A stretch of 64,000 nt of DNA from an uncultured Acidobacteriaceae bacterium. GTDB lineage: Bacteria; Acidobacteriota; Terriglobia; Terriglobales; Acidobacteriaceae. The position numbers and the translations under genes were made by a program. Under the pieces are notes generated by a model, which was given only the letters and a program-made list of their open reading frames with translations, was not told the origin of the DNA and did no database searches. How positions within the stretch are numbered: the stretch's first letter is position 1; each line of letters begins with the position of its first letter. Below are positions 46,820 to 55,879 of this stretch, in pieces. Where the stretch lies: assembly GCA_963800575.1 (NCBI GenBank), contig CAWDBN010000013.1, forward strand, positions 4,497-68,496, written 5' to 3'.

Positions 46820-48204
46820 TTCGCATCGCCATCATCGGCGGGGGCATCTCCGGACTCGCCGCCGCTTTCGCCCTCGAAGACCACCGCCGCACCGGCGCAG
46901 TCGAATACACGCTGTACGAATCTTCGCCCCACCTCGGCGGCGTCCTCCGCACCGAGCACATTGACGGATGCATCGTCGAAGCCGGTCCCGACTCCTTCAT
47001 CACCGAAAAGCCCTGGGCCGCCGATCTCTGCCGCACCCTCGGCATCGGCGATCAACTAATCGGCTCCAACGACTCTGATCGCAAAACCTATATACTCGTC
47101 CGCGGTCGTCTTATCCCCATGCCCGACGGCCTGATGTTCATGGTCCCAACCAAAATCCTGCCTACTGGGTTCTCCCCGCTTTTCTCCTGGACCACCAAGC
47201 TCCGCATGGCGCAGGAACTGCTCCATCCCCCGCGCGCCGCCGAAGCCGACGAAAGCGTCGCATCACTGGTCGAGCGCCACTACGGCGCGGAAATGGTCGA
47301 CCGCCTCGCCAACCCGCTACTTTCCGGCATCTACGGCGGCGATGCCGCCAGTCTCAGCGTACGCGCCGTCCTCCCTCGCTTCGCCGAAATGGAGCGCACC
47401 CACGGCAGTCTCGGCCGCGCCATGCTGGCGGCAAGAAACAAAATACCGCACGCCGTCAACAAAACTCCCGCTCCACTTTTCACTTCTCTCAAGAACGGCA
47501 TGCAGCAACTCGTCGAAACCCTCGTCCCACGCTTGAACTCGTCATCCCTCATCACCAACCACTCCGTGCAGGCAATTCATGCCGAAACCGGAGGCTGGAC
47601 TGTCTCAGCCGGACTGAAATCCGACAATTTCGACGCCGCAATTCTAGCCTTGCCCGCCCATGCGGCCGCAAAGCTCCTGTCCGTCAGCAGCCCCGAGCTT
47701 TCCGCCGAGCTCGCTGCCATCGCCTACAGCTCTTCCATCACCGTCGGCCTCGCCTACAATCGCGAAGTCCGCCAGTCACTTCCACCCGGCTTCGGCTTTC
47801 TCGTCCCGCGCAGCGAAGGCAAGCGCCTGCTGGCTGCAACCTTCGTCCACAACAAGTTTCCCCACCGTGCTCCCGAAGACCGTGCCCTGCTGCGCTGCTT
47901 CTTCGCGGGATCAAACGCCGAAAACATCTGGCAGCAATCTGACGACGCCATCATCGGCATAGTCCGCAACGAATTGCAGCAGATCCTCGGCCTCAGCGCC
48001 GAGCCTCTATTTGCCCGCGTCTACAAATGGAAGTCCGCCATGGCCCAGTACAGCGTAGGCCACCTCGAACGCCTCGACCGCATCGAGCGCCTCCGCCAGA
48101 AGCTCCCGAAACTAGCCCTCGCCGGCAACGGCTACCGCGGCATAGGCGTGCCTGATTGCATCCGCTCCGGCCAGGAAGCTGCGAAACAAGTCCTTGATCC
48201 CTAG
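46816..48204 (+). CDS. hemY: Protoporphyrinogen/coproporphyrinogen III oxidase (HemY/CgoX family flavoprotein)
   Basis: 462 aa with an N-terminal FAD fold (IAIIGGGISGLAAA). There is an ATGA overlap with hemE. Confidence 0.85.
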   Translation: MIRIAIIGGGISGLAAAFALEDHRRTGAVEYTLYESSPHLGGVLRTEHIDGCIVEAGPDSFITEKPWAADLCRTLGIGDQLIGSNDSDRKTYILVRGRLIPMPDGLMFMVPTKILPTGFSPLFSWTTKLRMAQELLHPPRAAEADESVASLVERHYGAEMVDRLANPLLSGIYGGDAASLSVRAVLPRFAEMERTHGSLGRAMLAARNKIPHAVNKTPAPLFTSLKNGMQQLVETLVPRLNSSSLITNHSVQAIHAETGGWTVSAGLKSDNFDAAILALPAHAAAKLLSVSSPELSAELAAIAYSSSITVGLAYNREVRQSLPPGFGFLVPRSEGKRLLAATFVHNKFPHRAPEDRALLRCFFAGSNAENIWQQSDDAIIGIVRNELQQILGLSAEPLFARVYKWKSAMAQYSVGHLERLDRIERLRQKLPKLALAGNGYRGIGVPDCIRSGQEAAKQVLDP

Positions 48205-48240
48205 GAGGGCTCATTCTGCGTTGATACCTTGCTCGTCTCC

Positions 48241-48270
48241 GTCATCCCGAGCGAAGTCGAGGGGACCCCT
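48241..48270. repeat. Dispersed repeat family A copy (GTCATCCCGAGCGAAGTCGAGGGGACCCCT)
   Basis: It is an intergenic copy between hemY and recQ and carries the core shared with the other copies. Confidence 0.7.
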
Positions 48271-48340
48271 ATCCGTATGCGCAGCCACCAGCCCCGCGAG
48301 GCATTTTTCTATGCTGCCCTGTCTTCTTGCCGTTCGACCA

Positions 48341-50215
48341 CTACGCCGGAACATCCACTTTACTGACCCTCTGCTCCCGCCGCACCCGAGCCACCACCAG
48401 CCGAATCTCATCGTACGTAATCTCCGGAGGTAAAGAGTCCTTCAAAGGCTTCAATCCGTTGATGCCAAGTTTCCCGCAGGCCGCCTCAATGACAGCCTGC
48501 TTGTTTCGGTCAATCCAGGCCGGCTGGAACTCCAGATCTCCTCTTTCCACCAGATTGGCGACCGCATTCACGACGGTCGCCACTTGCCGTCCGCGGATTT
48601 TCGCAATTTCCTCGAAGCTGTTTCCTGCAACCAGCAAGCGCATCGTTTCGAGCGCCGGCGCGGTCTTCTTTTCGGAAGAAAGACCCGCCGAGGCCCGAGC
48701 TCCATCGCGATAGCGTTCGAGCGCCGCGAGTATGCCCTTCCCGTACACCTCAGCTTTCCGCTCACCGATTCCGGTGATGTTCCTCAGCTCGGCAATCGAC
48801 GACGGCCGCCGCCGGCAAATTTCCTCCAGCGTCGTATCATGCAGCACGACAAACGCTGGCACGCCCTGCTCCTTCGCCGTCGTTCGCCGCCACTCCCGCA
48901 AATATTCCTGCAGCTCCGCATCGGCAACAGAAACGGCCTCCGAAACCTGCCGCGATTCTTTCCCCGCAAAACTCGCGCCCCGCCCCGCCGCCGTCATCCA
49001 TTCCGTCACGCTTCCGCAAACATCGCAAGCCCCACAACTTTCCCACTTCGCGACCTCGCCAAAATGCCCGCAAATCTGCCGATGCCGGCAGCGCTTCGAC
49101 TCCACAAACTCCCGGATAATCCGGTACCGCTCCCAAGCCCGTTCGCGCTCCGCCGCATCCGTGATCCGGTTGGCAAAAAATCCCAGCAGCCCAGCATCTT
49201 TTTTCTGCCACAGCAGAACGCAATCCGCGCTCTCGCCATCGCGTCCCGCCCGTCCCGCTTCCTGGTAGTACTGCTCAATCGACTTTGGCAGGGACAAATG
49301 AATCACCGCCCGCACTGCCGCCTTGTTAATCCCCAACCCAAAAGCAATCGTACCCACCAGCACTCGCACTTCGTCCGACATCCACCGTTCCTGATTCCGC
49401 CTCCGGTCTTCGCTTCCCATCTTGCCGTGATACCCCACCGCAGCAATGTCGTGATCTCCCAGGAAGTCCACCGTCTCCTCGACCCGATTAATCGTAGGAG
49501 AATAGACAATTACGTTGCTGCCGGAGTAACTGCGCAAAGCCTTAACCAGCAATTCCATCTGCTCGAGCCCCTCACACTCCCGCACCAGGTAGCGCAGGTT
49601 CGGCCGGTAGAAGCTGGCGATGTATTTATCGGGATCGCGCAACTGCAGTTGCGCCAGAATGTCATGCCGCACGTGCCGCGTAGCACTCGCCGTAAAAGCC
49701 GCTATGGGGCGATCGGGAAACTTGGTGCGCAGCTTGTTCAACTGCCGGTATTCCGGACGAAACTCATGCCCCCATTCGGAAATGCAGTGCGCCTCATCAA
49801 TCGCGAAAAAAGTAATCGGCACCTGCTGCAACCATCCCATCGTATCGCCGCGCGCCACCCGTTCGGGCGAAACGTAAAGCAGCCGGTAAGCCCCGTCCCG
49901 CACCCGGCTCATCACTTTGGCCTGCTCTGCCTCACTCAAAGTGCTGTTCAGCACCGCCGCCGGAATCCCCATCTGCGCCAGCTGCGCTGCCTGGTCCTGC
50001 ATCAGCGCGATCAGCGGAGAAATCACCACCGCCGTCCCTCCCGACACCACCGCCGGCAACTGATAGCATAAAGACTTGCCTCCGCCCGTCGGCATCACCA
50101 CACAAGCATCGTGCCCAGCCAGCAGGCTGCGCACAATCCGCTCCTGCAGCGGACGAAACGTGCTGTACCCCCAATACCTCCGAAGCGGTGTAAGCAGGTC
50201 GGATTCAGCACTCAT
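48341..50215 (-). CDS. recQ: ATP-dependent DNA helicase RecQ with C-terminal HRDC and HTH extension
   Basis: 624 aa with the motifs MPTGGGKSLCYQLP, FAIDEAHCISEWGHEFRPEY and the RecQ-Ct zinc cysteines CRHRQICGHFGE..CGACDVC. Confidence 0.92.
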   Translation of the reverse strand: MSAESDLLTPLRRYWGYSTFRPLQERIVRSLLAGHDACVVMPTGGGKSLCYQLPAVVSGGTAVVISPLIALMQDQAAQLAQMGIPAAVLNSTLSEAEQAKVMSRVRDGAYRLLYVSPERVARGDTMGWLQQVPITFFAIDEAHCISEWGHEFRPEYRQLNKLRTKFPDRPIAAFTASATRHVRHDILAQLQLRDPDKYIASFYRPNLRYLVRECEGLEQMELLVKALRSYSGSNVIVYSPTINRVEETVDFLGDHDIAAVGYHGKMGSEDRRRNQERWMSDEVRVLVGTIAFGLGINKAAVRAVIHLSLPKSIEQYYQEAGRAGRDGESADCVLLWQKKDAGLLGFFANRITDAAERERAWERYRIIREFVESKRCRHRQICGHFGEVAKWESCGACDVCGSVTEWMTAAGRGASFAGKESRQVSEAVSVADAELQEYLREWRRTTAKEQGVPAFVVLHDTTLEEICRRRPSSIAELRNITGIGERKAEVYGKGILAALERYRDGARASAGLSSEKKTAPALETMRLLVAGNSFEEIAKIRGRQVATVVNAVANLVERGDLEFQPAWIDRNKQAVIEAACGKLGINGLKPLKDSLPPEITYDEIRLVVARVRREQRVSKVDVPA

Positions 50216-50301
50216 GAAAAGAAGTATAGGCCGAGGCGAACATTAGGAGAAACGAATTGCAGATATTTTGGCGGAAACTTTCCAAACCGGGAACCCGAAA
50301 T

Positions 50302-51363
50302 CTACCCTGTGATCCCCTGTGTCCCCTGTGCTAAAAATTTTTCTTCGCCGACTCCATACCGAACGTCTCGATAAATCATCGCAAACACCACCCAAACCAC
50401 CCCAATTACCAAGAAGCAAAGCAAGCTACCCTCCGGCCCAACAACCCCACCCGTAAGCCAAGCCGGCCCATGAAACGACGTCTTCAGTAGATGCCCCGGA
50501 AACACAGTCCCACTGTCCGGCACCGAATAAACAAATGTCTCTCCCCAATCCCAGGCTGCGTGAAATCCCACCGCAAACCACAAGCTGCCCGTGCGCCGCA
50601 ACGTCAAACAAAAGAACAATCCAATCACCGCCGCCGCCAGCAAGCCCGTCCAGCGTTCGCCTTCGTTCAAGCGGTGGCTCCAGCCGAAATACCCCGAGAG
50701 CAAAACCGCCGCCGGCCAGAAACCAATCCCCCGGGTAAGCGTGAACTGCAAATACCCGCGAAAGTGAAAATCCTCGAACGATCCCACTAACAGGAAATAC
50801 AGCCCCCAGAACGCCGCGAACTTCACGCTGCGCATCCCGTGGATTGCCAAATGCCCCACCTCAAACACTCGCAGCCCATACATCGTTCCCAGCAAAAGCG
50901 TGATGCTCGCGAATCCCCACACCGCGCCCACCCAAAATAATTTCCCAAACGCTCGCCGCCCCGGCAAACCGTACGCCCCCCACGACCGATTCTCAACCCT
51001 GGCCAGCACCAACGAGGGAACCACCGCCGCCACGAACACTCCAAACTCCTCCAGCATCATCGACCACAGTCCATCCGCCCCCAGATCCAGCGACCCAGCC
51101 CACCGGACGACCACATACTCCAGCAAATAAAACATCGCCGCATAAAACGCCACCCCCCATCCGGGCCTAAGTCCCTCCCCATCAAAAAACACCGTCCACA
51201 CATAAGATGGCTGCACCGCCGCCGCAAAGTCCGGCGTCGAAGCCGGCCCTCCATCAGCAGTCGCTCCCGGAGACAAAGCCCTCGGCTCCTCACCAGAGAT
51301 GTGTGTTCCGTTATCGTTCCTATCATTCATCGCAGAAGTTTTCGCGCAAACAGGCTCGGTCAT
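50302..51363 (-). CDS. CPBP-family (CAAX/Abi) intramembrane metalloprotease
   Basis: It is polytopic, with the motifs EDFHFRGY (EExxxR-like) and FHAAWDW. The start is uncertain (candidates 51363 and 51330); the track start at 51504 would overlap the divergent gene. Confidence 0.7.
   Translation of the reverse strand: MTEPVCAKTSAMNDRNDNGTHISGEEPRALSPGATADGGPASTPDFAAAVQPSYVWTVFFDGEGLRPGWGVAFYAAMFYLLEYVVVRWAGSLDLGADGLWSMMLEEFGVFVAAVVPSLVLARVENRSWGAYGLPGRRAFGKLFWVGAVWGFASITLLLGTMYGLRVFEVGHLAIHGMRSVKFAAFWGLYFLLVGSFEDFHFRGYLQFTLTRGIGFWPAAVLLSGYFGWSHRLNEGERWTGLLAAAVIGLFFCLTLRRTGSLWFAVGFHAAWDWGETFVYSVPDSGTVFPGHLLKTSFHGPAWLTGGVVGPEGSLLCFLVIGVVWVVFAMIYRDVRYGVGEEKFLAQGTQGITG
50303..50337 (+). repeat. 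Dispersed repeat family B copy (TACCCTGTGATCCCCTGTGTCCCCTGTGCTAAAAA)
   Basis: It is a triple YCCTGTG motif followed by TAAA. It overlaps the last 11 codons and the stop of CDS 50302-51363. Confidence 0.75.
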
Positions 51364-51385
51364 GGTAAAACACTTGTCCTGCCTC

Positions 51386-52618
51386 ATGACCCGTTTTTTC
51401 GCCCGCGAACGTTTCGGCCGCCCACAGTTTCTAGCCGGTCTCCTGCTCGCAGCTTTCCTGGCGCAGACATCCTGGCTGGTCCATTCCGAGTTGACCACAT
51501 CCAAAGACCCCGGCGTCTCCGAGGACGTCCGTATCGACGCAGGTTGGCTTCAACTTCACGGCGACCGCATCGCCGGTGCTCCCTTCCCCGATATCTCCTT
51601 CGGACTCCCTCTCGAGTTTTCCCAATCCGACGGCTACGACACCGAGCACTCCCCACTTCTCTACCTGGTAACCGCCGCGCCCTTGCTGGCGTCGCCCGAG
51701 AGCCGGCTCGATCCCCAATCTTCCTCCACTTGGCGCTGGCTCCCGCGCATTCCGTTCCTCGCCTGCGGAGTTTTCCTCGGCGCCTCCCTCTGGTACGTGG
51801 CCCGCCGCCTCTGCGGCAACACCGGAGGATTCCTGGCCCTGACCCTCTATTGTTTTTCACCGTCCATGATCCAGGCCAGCGCAGTCTGGCACACCGAGCC
51901 TGAAATCCTCGCGGCCTGGGGATCCTTCGGCGCCATTTTCACCGCCATCGCCGTCGCCCACACTCTTTACGCCCCGCGCGAAGTAGTTCTCTGGAACTGG
52001 CGTCGCATTGTGCTATTAGGTGTCTCCTTAGCCATCGCCGTGGGATCCCAATTCTCGATGATCATAGTCGTGCCTTTAGCTTTGGCCTTCCTGCTCTACC
52101 TGGCGCCCATCCGCCGAGGCGCAGCCCTCATCATCTGGATCGCAGCCTGCCTCCTCGCCTCGGCACTTCTCTTCGCCACCTATTTCTTCCATCCCCACGC
52201 TTTTTCCGAAAGCATGCGCCACGCCTCTTTCTGGGGAGCGACCTGGGACAGCTTCACCGTCCGCGCCGTCTACCGCCAGGTTGCACTCCAGATCCTGCGC
52301 GCCTGTCCTCCCTTGACCTTGCTGCTTCCGGTCGCGGTCTTCACTTATGTCCTCTGGCGACGGACCCGCTACTTCGGCAACACCGCTCCCGGACTCATGG
52401 CCCTCCTGTTCACCGGACTCGGCATGGCCCATCCCCACGTCGCCGGCGCAGGATTCCTCCTGGCCTCCATCCCCTTCATCCTGATCTTCGTCTCCGGCGT
52501 TCTAGCCGACCTGATGGAAACCTCCGCGCGCCCCCTGGTCACCGCCTCCGTCTGGGGATTACTAGCGGCCTACATTCTCTGGAGTCTCCAGGCCCTAACC
52601 CAAGTCCCACAAGGATGA
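51386..52618 (+). CDS. Polytopic membrane protein, possibly GT-C/ArnT-like glycosyltransferase
   Basis: About 410 aa with at least 9 hydrophobic helices. Alternative starts lie at 51362 and 51299. No catalytic motif was recognised with confidence. Confidence 0.5.
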   Translation: MTRFFARERFGRPQFLAGLLLAAFLAQTSWLVHSELTTSKDPGVSEDVRIDAGWLQLHGDRIAGAPFPDISFGLPLEFSQSDGYDTEHSPLLYLVTAAPLLASPESRLDPQSSSTWRWLPRIPFLACGVFLGASLWYVARRLCGNTGGFLALTLYCFSPSMIQASAVWHTEPEILAAWGSFGAIFTAIAVAHTLYAPREVVLWNWRRIVLLGVSLAIAVGSQFSMIIVVPLALAFLLYLAPIRRGAALIIWIAACLLASALLFATYFFHPHAFSESMRHASFWGATWDSFTVRAVYRQVALQILRACPPLTLLLPVAVFTYVLWRRTRYFGNTAPGLMALLFTGLGMAHPHVAGAGFLLASIPFILIFVSGVLADLMETSARPLVTASVWGLLAAYILWSLQALTQVPQG

Positions 52619-52722
52619 TCTTAGTGTTAATGTCGGGACAGCCGTCTCGACACTTCCGTAACGCATCTTCATCTCAAAATCGTTGCTAAGCTCGTGACGA
52701 ACTCCTCCATGGAGATATTTCC

Positions 52723-53793
52723 ATGCGATTCCCAGTCGATGTCGATCTAGCAATATTCCTCTTCGTGACCGGCAAAATGCTATTCACAGCACTGCCCCGT
52801 CTGCGCCAAAGCGTGCCGCACGTCCCCGCTCGTTACCAGATCCAAAACGTCCCCGAAGCCTCTCTCACCCAGGCGCAAGCAAGTTACTTCGCGCCTTACG
52901 ACGAAAAATTGGCCGCCATGAACTACCGTCCGGTCTGCACTTATCTCATCAGCAACTTTGGCAAAATCCTCACGCGCCAGTACGTCAACCCTGCCGAGAG
53001 CTCACGCTGTGAGGTGGCGATCCAGGAACTGGTCCAAACCGTCGACGGCAAACAAGCCTTCACCAGCTGTTGCGTACTACACTTCCATACCCGCTTCACC
53101 GACGACCGCGTTCTAACCACCCGCAACATGAAGCTAAAGTCCGTCCTGGACGATCCGCCCTATTGGGTCCTGCAGGAGTGTCCCCAGATCGATGATCCCG
53201 CAAAGTTGAAGCGCATCCACGACGCTCGCGCTCAGACCATGGGATCCCCCGTCGCCCCTCTCACCGACGCCGACCGCATCTTCAAATACGTTCAGAGCGA
53301 ACATGAGCGCTACAGCGCTTATCAGCTTTCCGTGGGAGACTACCAGCCTCTGCCCGGCGAAGACAGCTACACCTTCTCCGACAAAGTCTACCGGCGCGGC
53401 CTCCGCAACTATTTCAATCCTTTTGCCCAGGGCTTTTCCGCCCAGCGTTTCTTTTCCGTAGCAATCCTCGCAGCCGCCCTGACGGTCTTCGCCCGCCTCG
53501 AATACGCCCCCGCTGCCGCTCACGCCTTCCGTACTCTCGGTCTCCCTGCCGAATTCGCTGCTCAGGCCGTAATCCGTCTTTGTTACATCGTCGCGGGAGC
53601 TCTTATCGGCTACTTCCTGGAACGCGAAACCTTCCTCTGGGGCATGCTGCTGACCTACCTCCCGGTCCGGCTCTTCACCAGCGGCAGCCTGGGCCCCATT
53701 CCCTACAGCGCTCTCGCCGCAGGGGTGGCCTACTGCGTAGCCCAGTTCAAGAAACGCCGCCGCGCCGTCCTAATCCCCCAAACCGCTCCCTGA
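52723..53793 (+). CDS. Hypothetical membrane protein
   Basis: 356-aa ORF with an N-terminal TM helix, a soluble middle region and 3-4 C-terminal TM helices. No family was recognised. Confidence 0.5.
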   Translation: MRFPVDVDLAIFLFVTGKMLFTALPRLRQSVPHVPARYQIQNVPEASLTQAQASYFAPYDEKLAAMNYRPVCTYLISNFGKILTRQYVNPAESSRCEVAIQELVQTVDGKQAFTSCCVLHFHTRFTDDRVLTTRNMKLKSVLDDPPYWVLQECPQIDDPAKLKRIHDARAQTMGSPVAPLTDADRIFKYVQSEHERYSAYQLSVGDYQPLPGEDSYTFSDKVYRRGLRNYFNPFAQGFSAQRFFSVAILAAALTVFARLEYAPAAAHAFRTLGLPAEFAAQAVIRLCYIVAGALIGYFLERETFLWGMLLTYLPVRLFTSGSLGPIPYSALAAGVAYCVAQFKKRRRAVLIPQTAP

Positions 53794-53810
53794 TCAGAAT
53801 CGAAGCCTTT

Positions 53811-53844
53811 CCTCTGTGAACCTCAGTGTCCCCTGTGTTTAAGC
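53811..53844 (+). repeat. Dispersed repeat family B copy (CCTCTGTGAACCTCAGTGTCCCCTGTGTTTAAGC)
   Basis: It lies 18 bp after the stop of 52723-53793, in the same orientation as the other two copies. Confidence 0.7.
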
Positions 53845-53941
53845 TTTTGACTTTCCGGATCGCGCATCACAATTCTCTACAATTCGTCCGCATTAACCAC
53901 ACCGCCCCACGATCTAAACTGTAGACAGTTGGAGGTACGCC

Positions 53942-54646
53942 ATGACCCATCCGCTGGAGTATCATATTCCCGTGCCGCCTCTGATTCCGGCTTCGCTAGC
54001 GCTTTTCGGGACGCTTCTTCTCGCTTCCAGCAGCCCAGCTCAAAACAGCAGCGCGGCTTCCTCCGGCTCCGGCCATACCATCAGCACAACCGCCACCGCG
54101 CACGTCTCAGCCAACTCAGGCGTCATTTCTTCCACCAGGACTCCGCCCTCCACCACCAGCTCGCACGGCAACAACAAAGCCCCTCAGCGCACCACATCCA
54201 TCCCTCTGCCTTATTACTACTACCCGTACGTGTACGCGGTGCCCGTGCCCTACACCGCGGACGTTCTCGACAACGGCGCCTCCGACGACAACGATTCCAA
54301 CTATCAAGGCGGTCCCACCGTCTTCGATCGCCGGGGCGACGGACCATCCTCCTACATTCCCCCAGGCTACGAATCGCCCGCCGTGCAGACGCAAACCGAA
54401 CCAACTTCGCCGCCTGAATATAATTCTGACTCCGAACCATCCCCCGATCCCACCATCCTGGTCTTCAAAGACGGTCATCAACTCGAGATCGGAAACTACG
54501 CCATCGTCAATCAAACCATCTACGACCTGACACCCGGTCATCCCCGCAAGATCGCTCTCGCCGACCTCGATCTTCCCGCAACGCAAAAGCTGAACGATGA
54601 CCGCGGCATCACTTTCGACGTGCCGTCGTCGGCCCAGGCGAATTGA
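53942..54646 (+). CDS. Secreted hypothetical protein, S/T/P/Y-rich, with conserved C-terminal ~65-aa domain
   Basis: 234 aa with a signal-like segment LALFGTLLLASSSPAQ. The C-terminus is ILVFKDGHQLEIGNYAIVNQTIYDL..KIALADLDLPATQKLNDDRGITF. Confidence 0.55.
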   Translation: MTHPLEYHIPVPPLIPASLALFGTLLLASSSPAQNSSAASSGSGHTISTTATAHVSANSGVISSTRTPPSTTSSHGNNKAPQRTTSIPLPYYYYPYVYAVPVPYTADVLDNGASDDNDSNYQGGPTVFDRRGDGPSSYIPPGYESPAVQTQTEPTSPPEYNSDSEPSPDPTILVFKDGHQLEIGNYAIVNQTIYDLTPGHPRKIALADLDLPATQKLNDDRGITFDVPSSAQAN

Positions 54647-54649
54647 TAT

Positions 54650-55399
54650 ATGCGCTTACTCACTGTCTTCGGACTCTTCATCGCCCTAAGCCCATGGGCC
54701 ACAGCTCAAAGAGCAGCGCACGCCATAACTCCGCACTCCGCAACCCCGCATCTCAACTCAGTCACCGGCAGTTTTGCCCTCGGACGAGTCGCATCTTCAT
54801 CCAGATTCCGCCAGCGGTTCCCCTACACGTCGCTGCCGTTCCCGTTCTTCGTCGATTCTTTCGATCCCGATGACATCTACTCCACCGGCTACCCCGTAGC
54901 CGCGCAACCGCCGCTAATCCTGTTGCAGGCCGAACGCACCATGGCCCATCCCGACTATGCGGACCGTGAGCCCTCCATCCCTCAGCCACTGATGATCGAA
55001 CTCCAGAACGGCCGCTATGTCCGCGTGAACAGCACCGCAGCCGATGGCGAAGCCCTGCCGCTCACCCTCGCGCCCGACGCAGCCGAGTCAAATCAACCCC
55101 AGCTCGCGAGATCAGCTCGTAGTAATTCGGTAGGGCCAGCAATCGCTGTCGTCCCTCCGCCGCACGATCTCGCACCCGCACTCCTGGTCTTCTGCGACGG
55201 ACACAGCGAAGAAGTCCGCAACTACACCATCGCCGACGGCATCCTCTACGCCAGCGGCGATTACTACACCGACGGATACTGGAACAAGAAAGTCGCACTC
55301 TCCACCATCAACGTCCCACAAACCTTCGAAGCCAACGCCAAGCGCAACGTAAAATTCGTTCTCCCCGAATCCCCCAACGAAGTAATCACCCGCCCCTGA
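54650..55399 (+). CDS. Secreted hypothetical protein, paralogous C-terminal domain to the preceding gene
   Basis: 249 aa with the signal peptide MRLLTVFGLFIALSPWATAQ. The C-terminus is LLVFCDGHSEEVRNYTIADGILYA..KVALSTINVPQTFEANAKRNVKF. It starts 3 bp after the upstream stop. Confidence 0.6.
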   Translation: MRLLTVFGLFIALSPWATAQRAAHAITPHSATPHLNSVTGSFALGRVASSSRFRQRFPYTSLPFPFFVDSFDPDDIYSTGYPVAAQPPLILLQAERTMAHPDYADREPSIPQPLMIELQNGRYVRVNSTAADGEALPLTLAPDAAESNQPQLARSARSNSVGPAIAVVPPPHDLAPALLVFCDGHSEEVRNYTIADGILYASGDYYTDGYWNKKVALSTINVPQTFEANAKRNVKFVLPESPNEVITRP

Positions 55400-55495
55400 C
55401 TCGTATTCCGTGAACCGCGAGGATGCGCGCAAAATGAAGTAAGCACTCGTGATTAAGATGGACGCGCGCGGCGACATGGAAGAGCCGCGCTTCAT

Positions 55496-55555
55496 GTCAT
55501 CCTGAGCGGAGCATGATCGTCCGATAGGACGGTCATGCGCAGTCGAAGGACCCCT
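55496..55555. repeat. Dispersed repeat family A copy, long form with internal hairpin
   Basis: The sequence is gtcatcctgagcggag-[catgatcgtcc gata ggacggtcatg]-cgcagtcgaaggacccc. The layout is the same as the copy at 61695-61754. Confidence 0.75.
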
Positions 55556-55603
55556 TGCATCTTTCCTCCATCGCCGGCTCACCCGGGAGTTCCCACCACC
55601 ACC

Positions 55604-55668
55604 GCGGCCTGTCGTGAGCGAAGCCGAACAGGCCGCGTCAAGCGCCCCAGGGCAGGGGCTTCAGCCCC
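55604..55668. repeat. REP-like hairpin pair: 8-bp stem around a family A core, followed by the GGGGCTTCAGCCCC palindrome
   Basis: gcggcctg (55604-55611) pairs with caggccgc (55629-55636) around the loop tcgtgagcgaagccgaa. ggggcttcagcccc lies at 55655-55668, and the same 14-mer recurs inside gyrA at 58200-58213. Confidence 0.65.
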
Positions 55669-55879
55669 GGCAGCGCTCGAGGTGCACAAACTAGAACCGC
55701 GATAAGCAACAATCTCGACGCAGTTTTCACATTCCAAAACGTGCTACAATATCCTTCGACGAAATCCCATTAACCACCTGCAAATGCAACCGTTTAGCCC
55801 AAAATTCGCCGTCTCGGAAGGAAGCGAAGTAGACGACGAAAATCCAGAAGCTCAACACCGAAGACCCAAGACCTAACCC

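Noticed and set aside
48584-50071. A 495-aa ORF on the plus strand, opposite recQ. Similar long antisense or out-of-frame ORFs occur at 3814-4878, 5311-6300, 7189-8370, 9316-10365, 13030-14025, 43869-44810 and 60022-60741.
   Set aside because: Their translations are Arg/Pro/His/Leu-rich and low in complexity, with no recognisable motifs. Each lies entirely inside a strongly supported gene on the other strand or in another frame. Long stop-free antisense frames are expected in ~60% GC DNA.
55400-55879. The long spacer upstream of gyrA, considered as a possible replication origin.
   Set aside because: No TTATCCACA-type DnaA boxes or AT-rich unwinding element are present. The spacer is filled by REP-like repeats instead.
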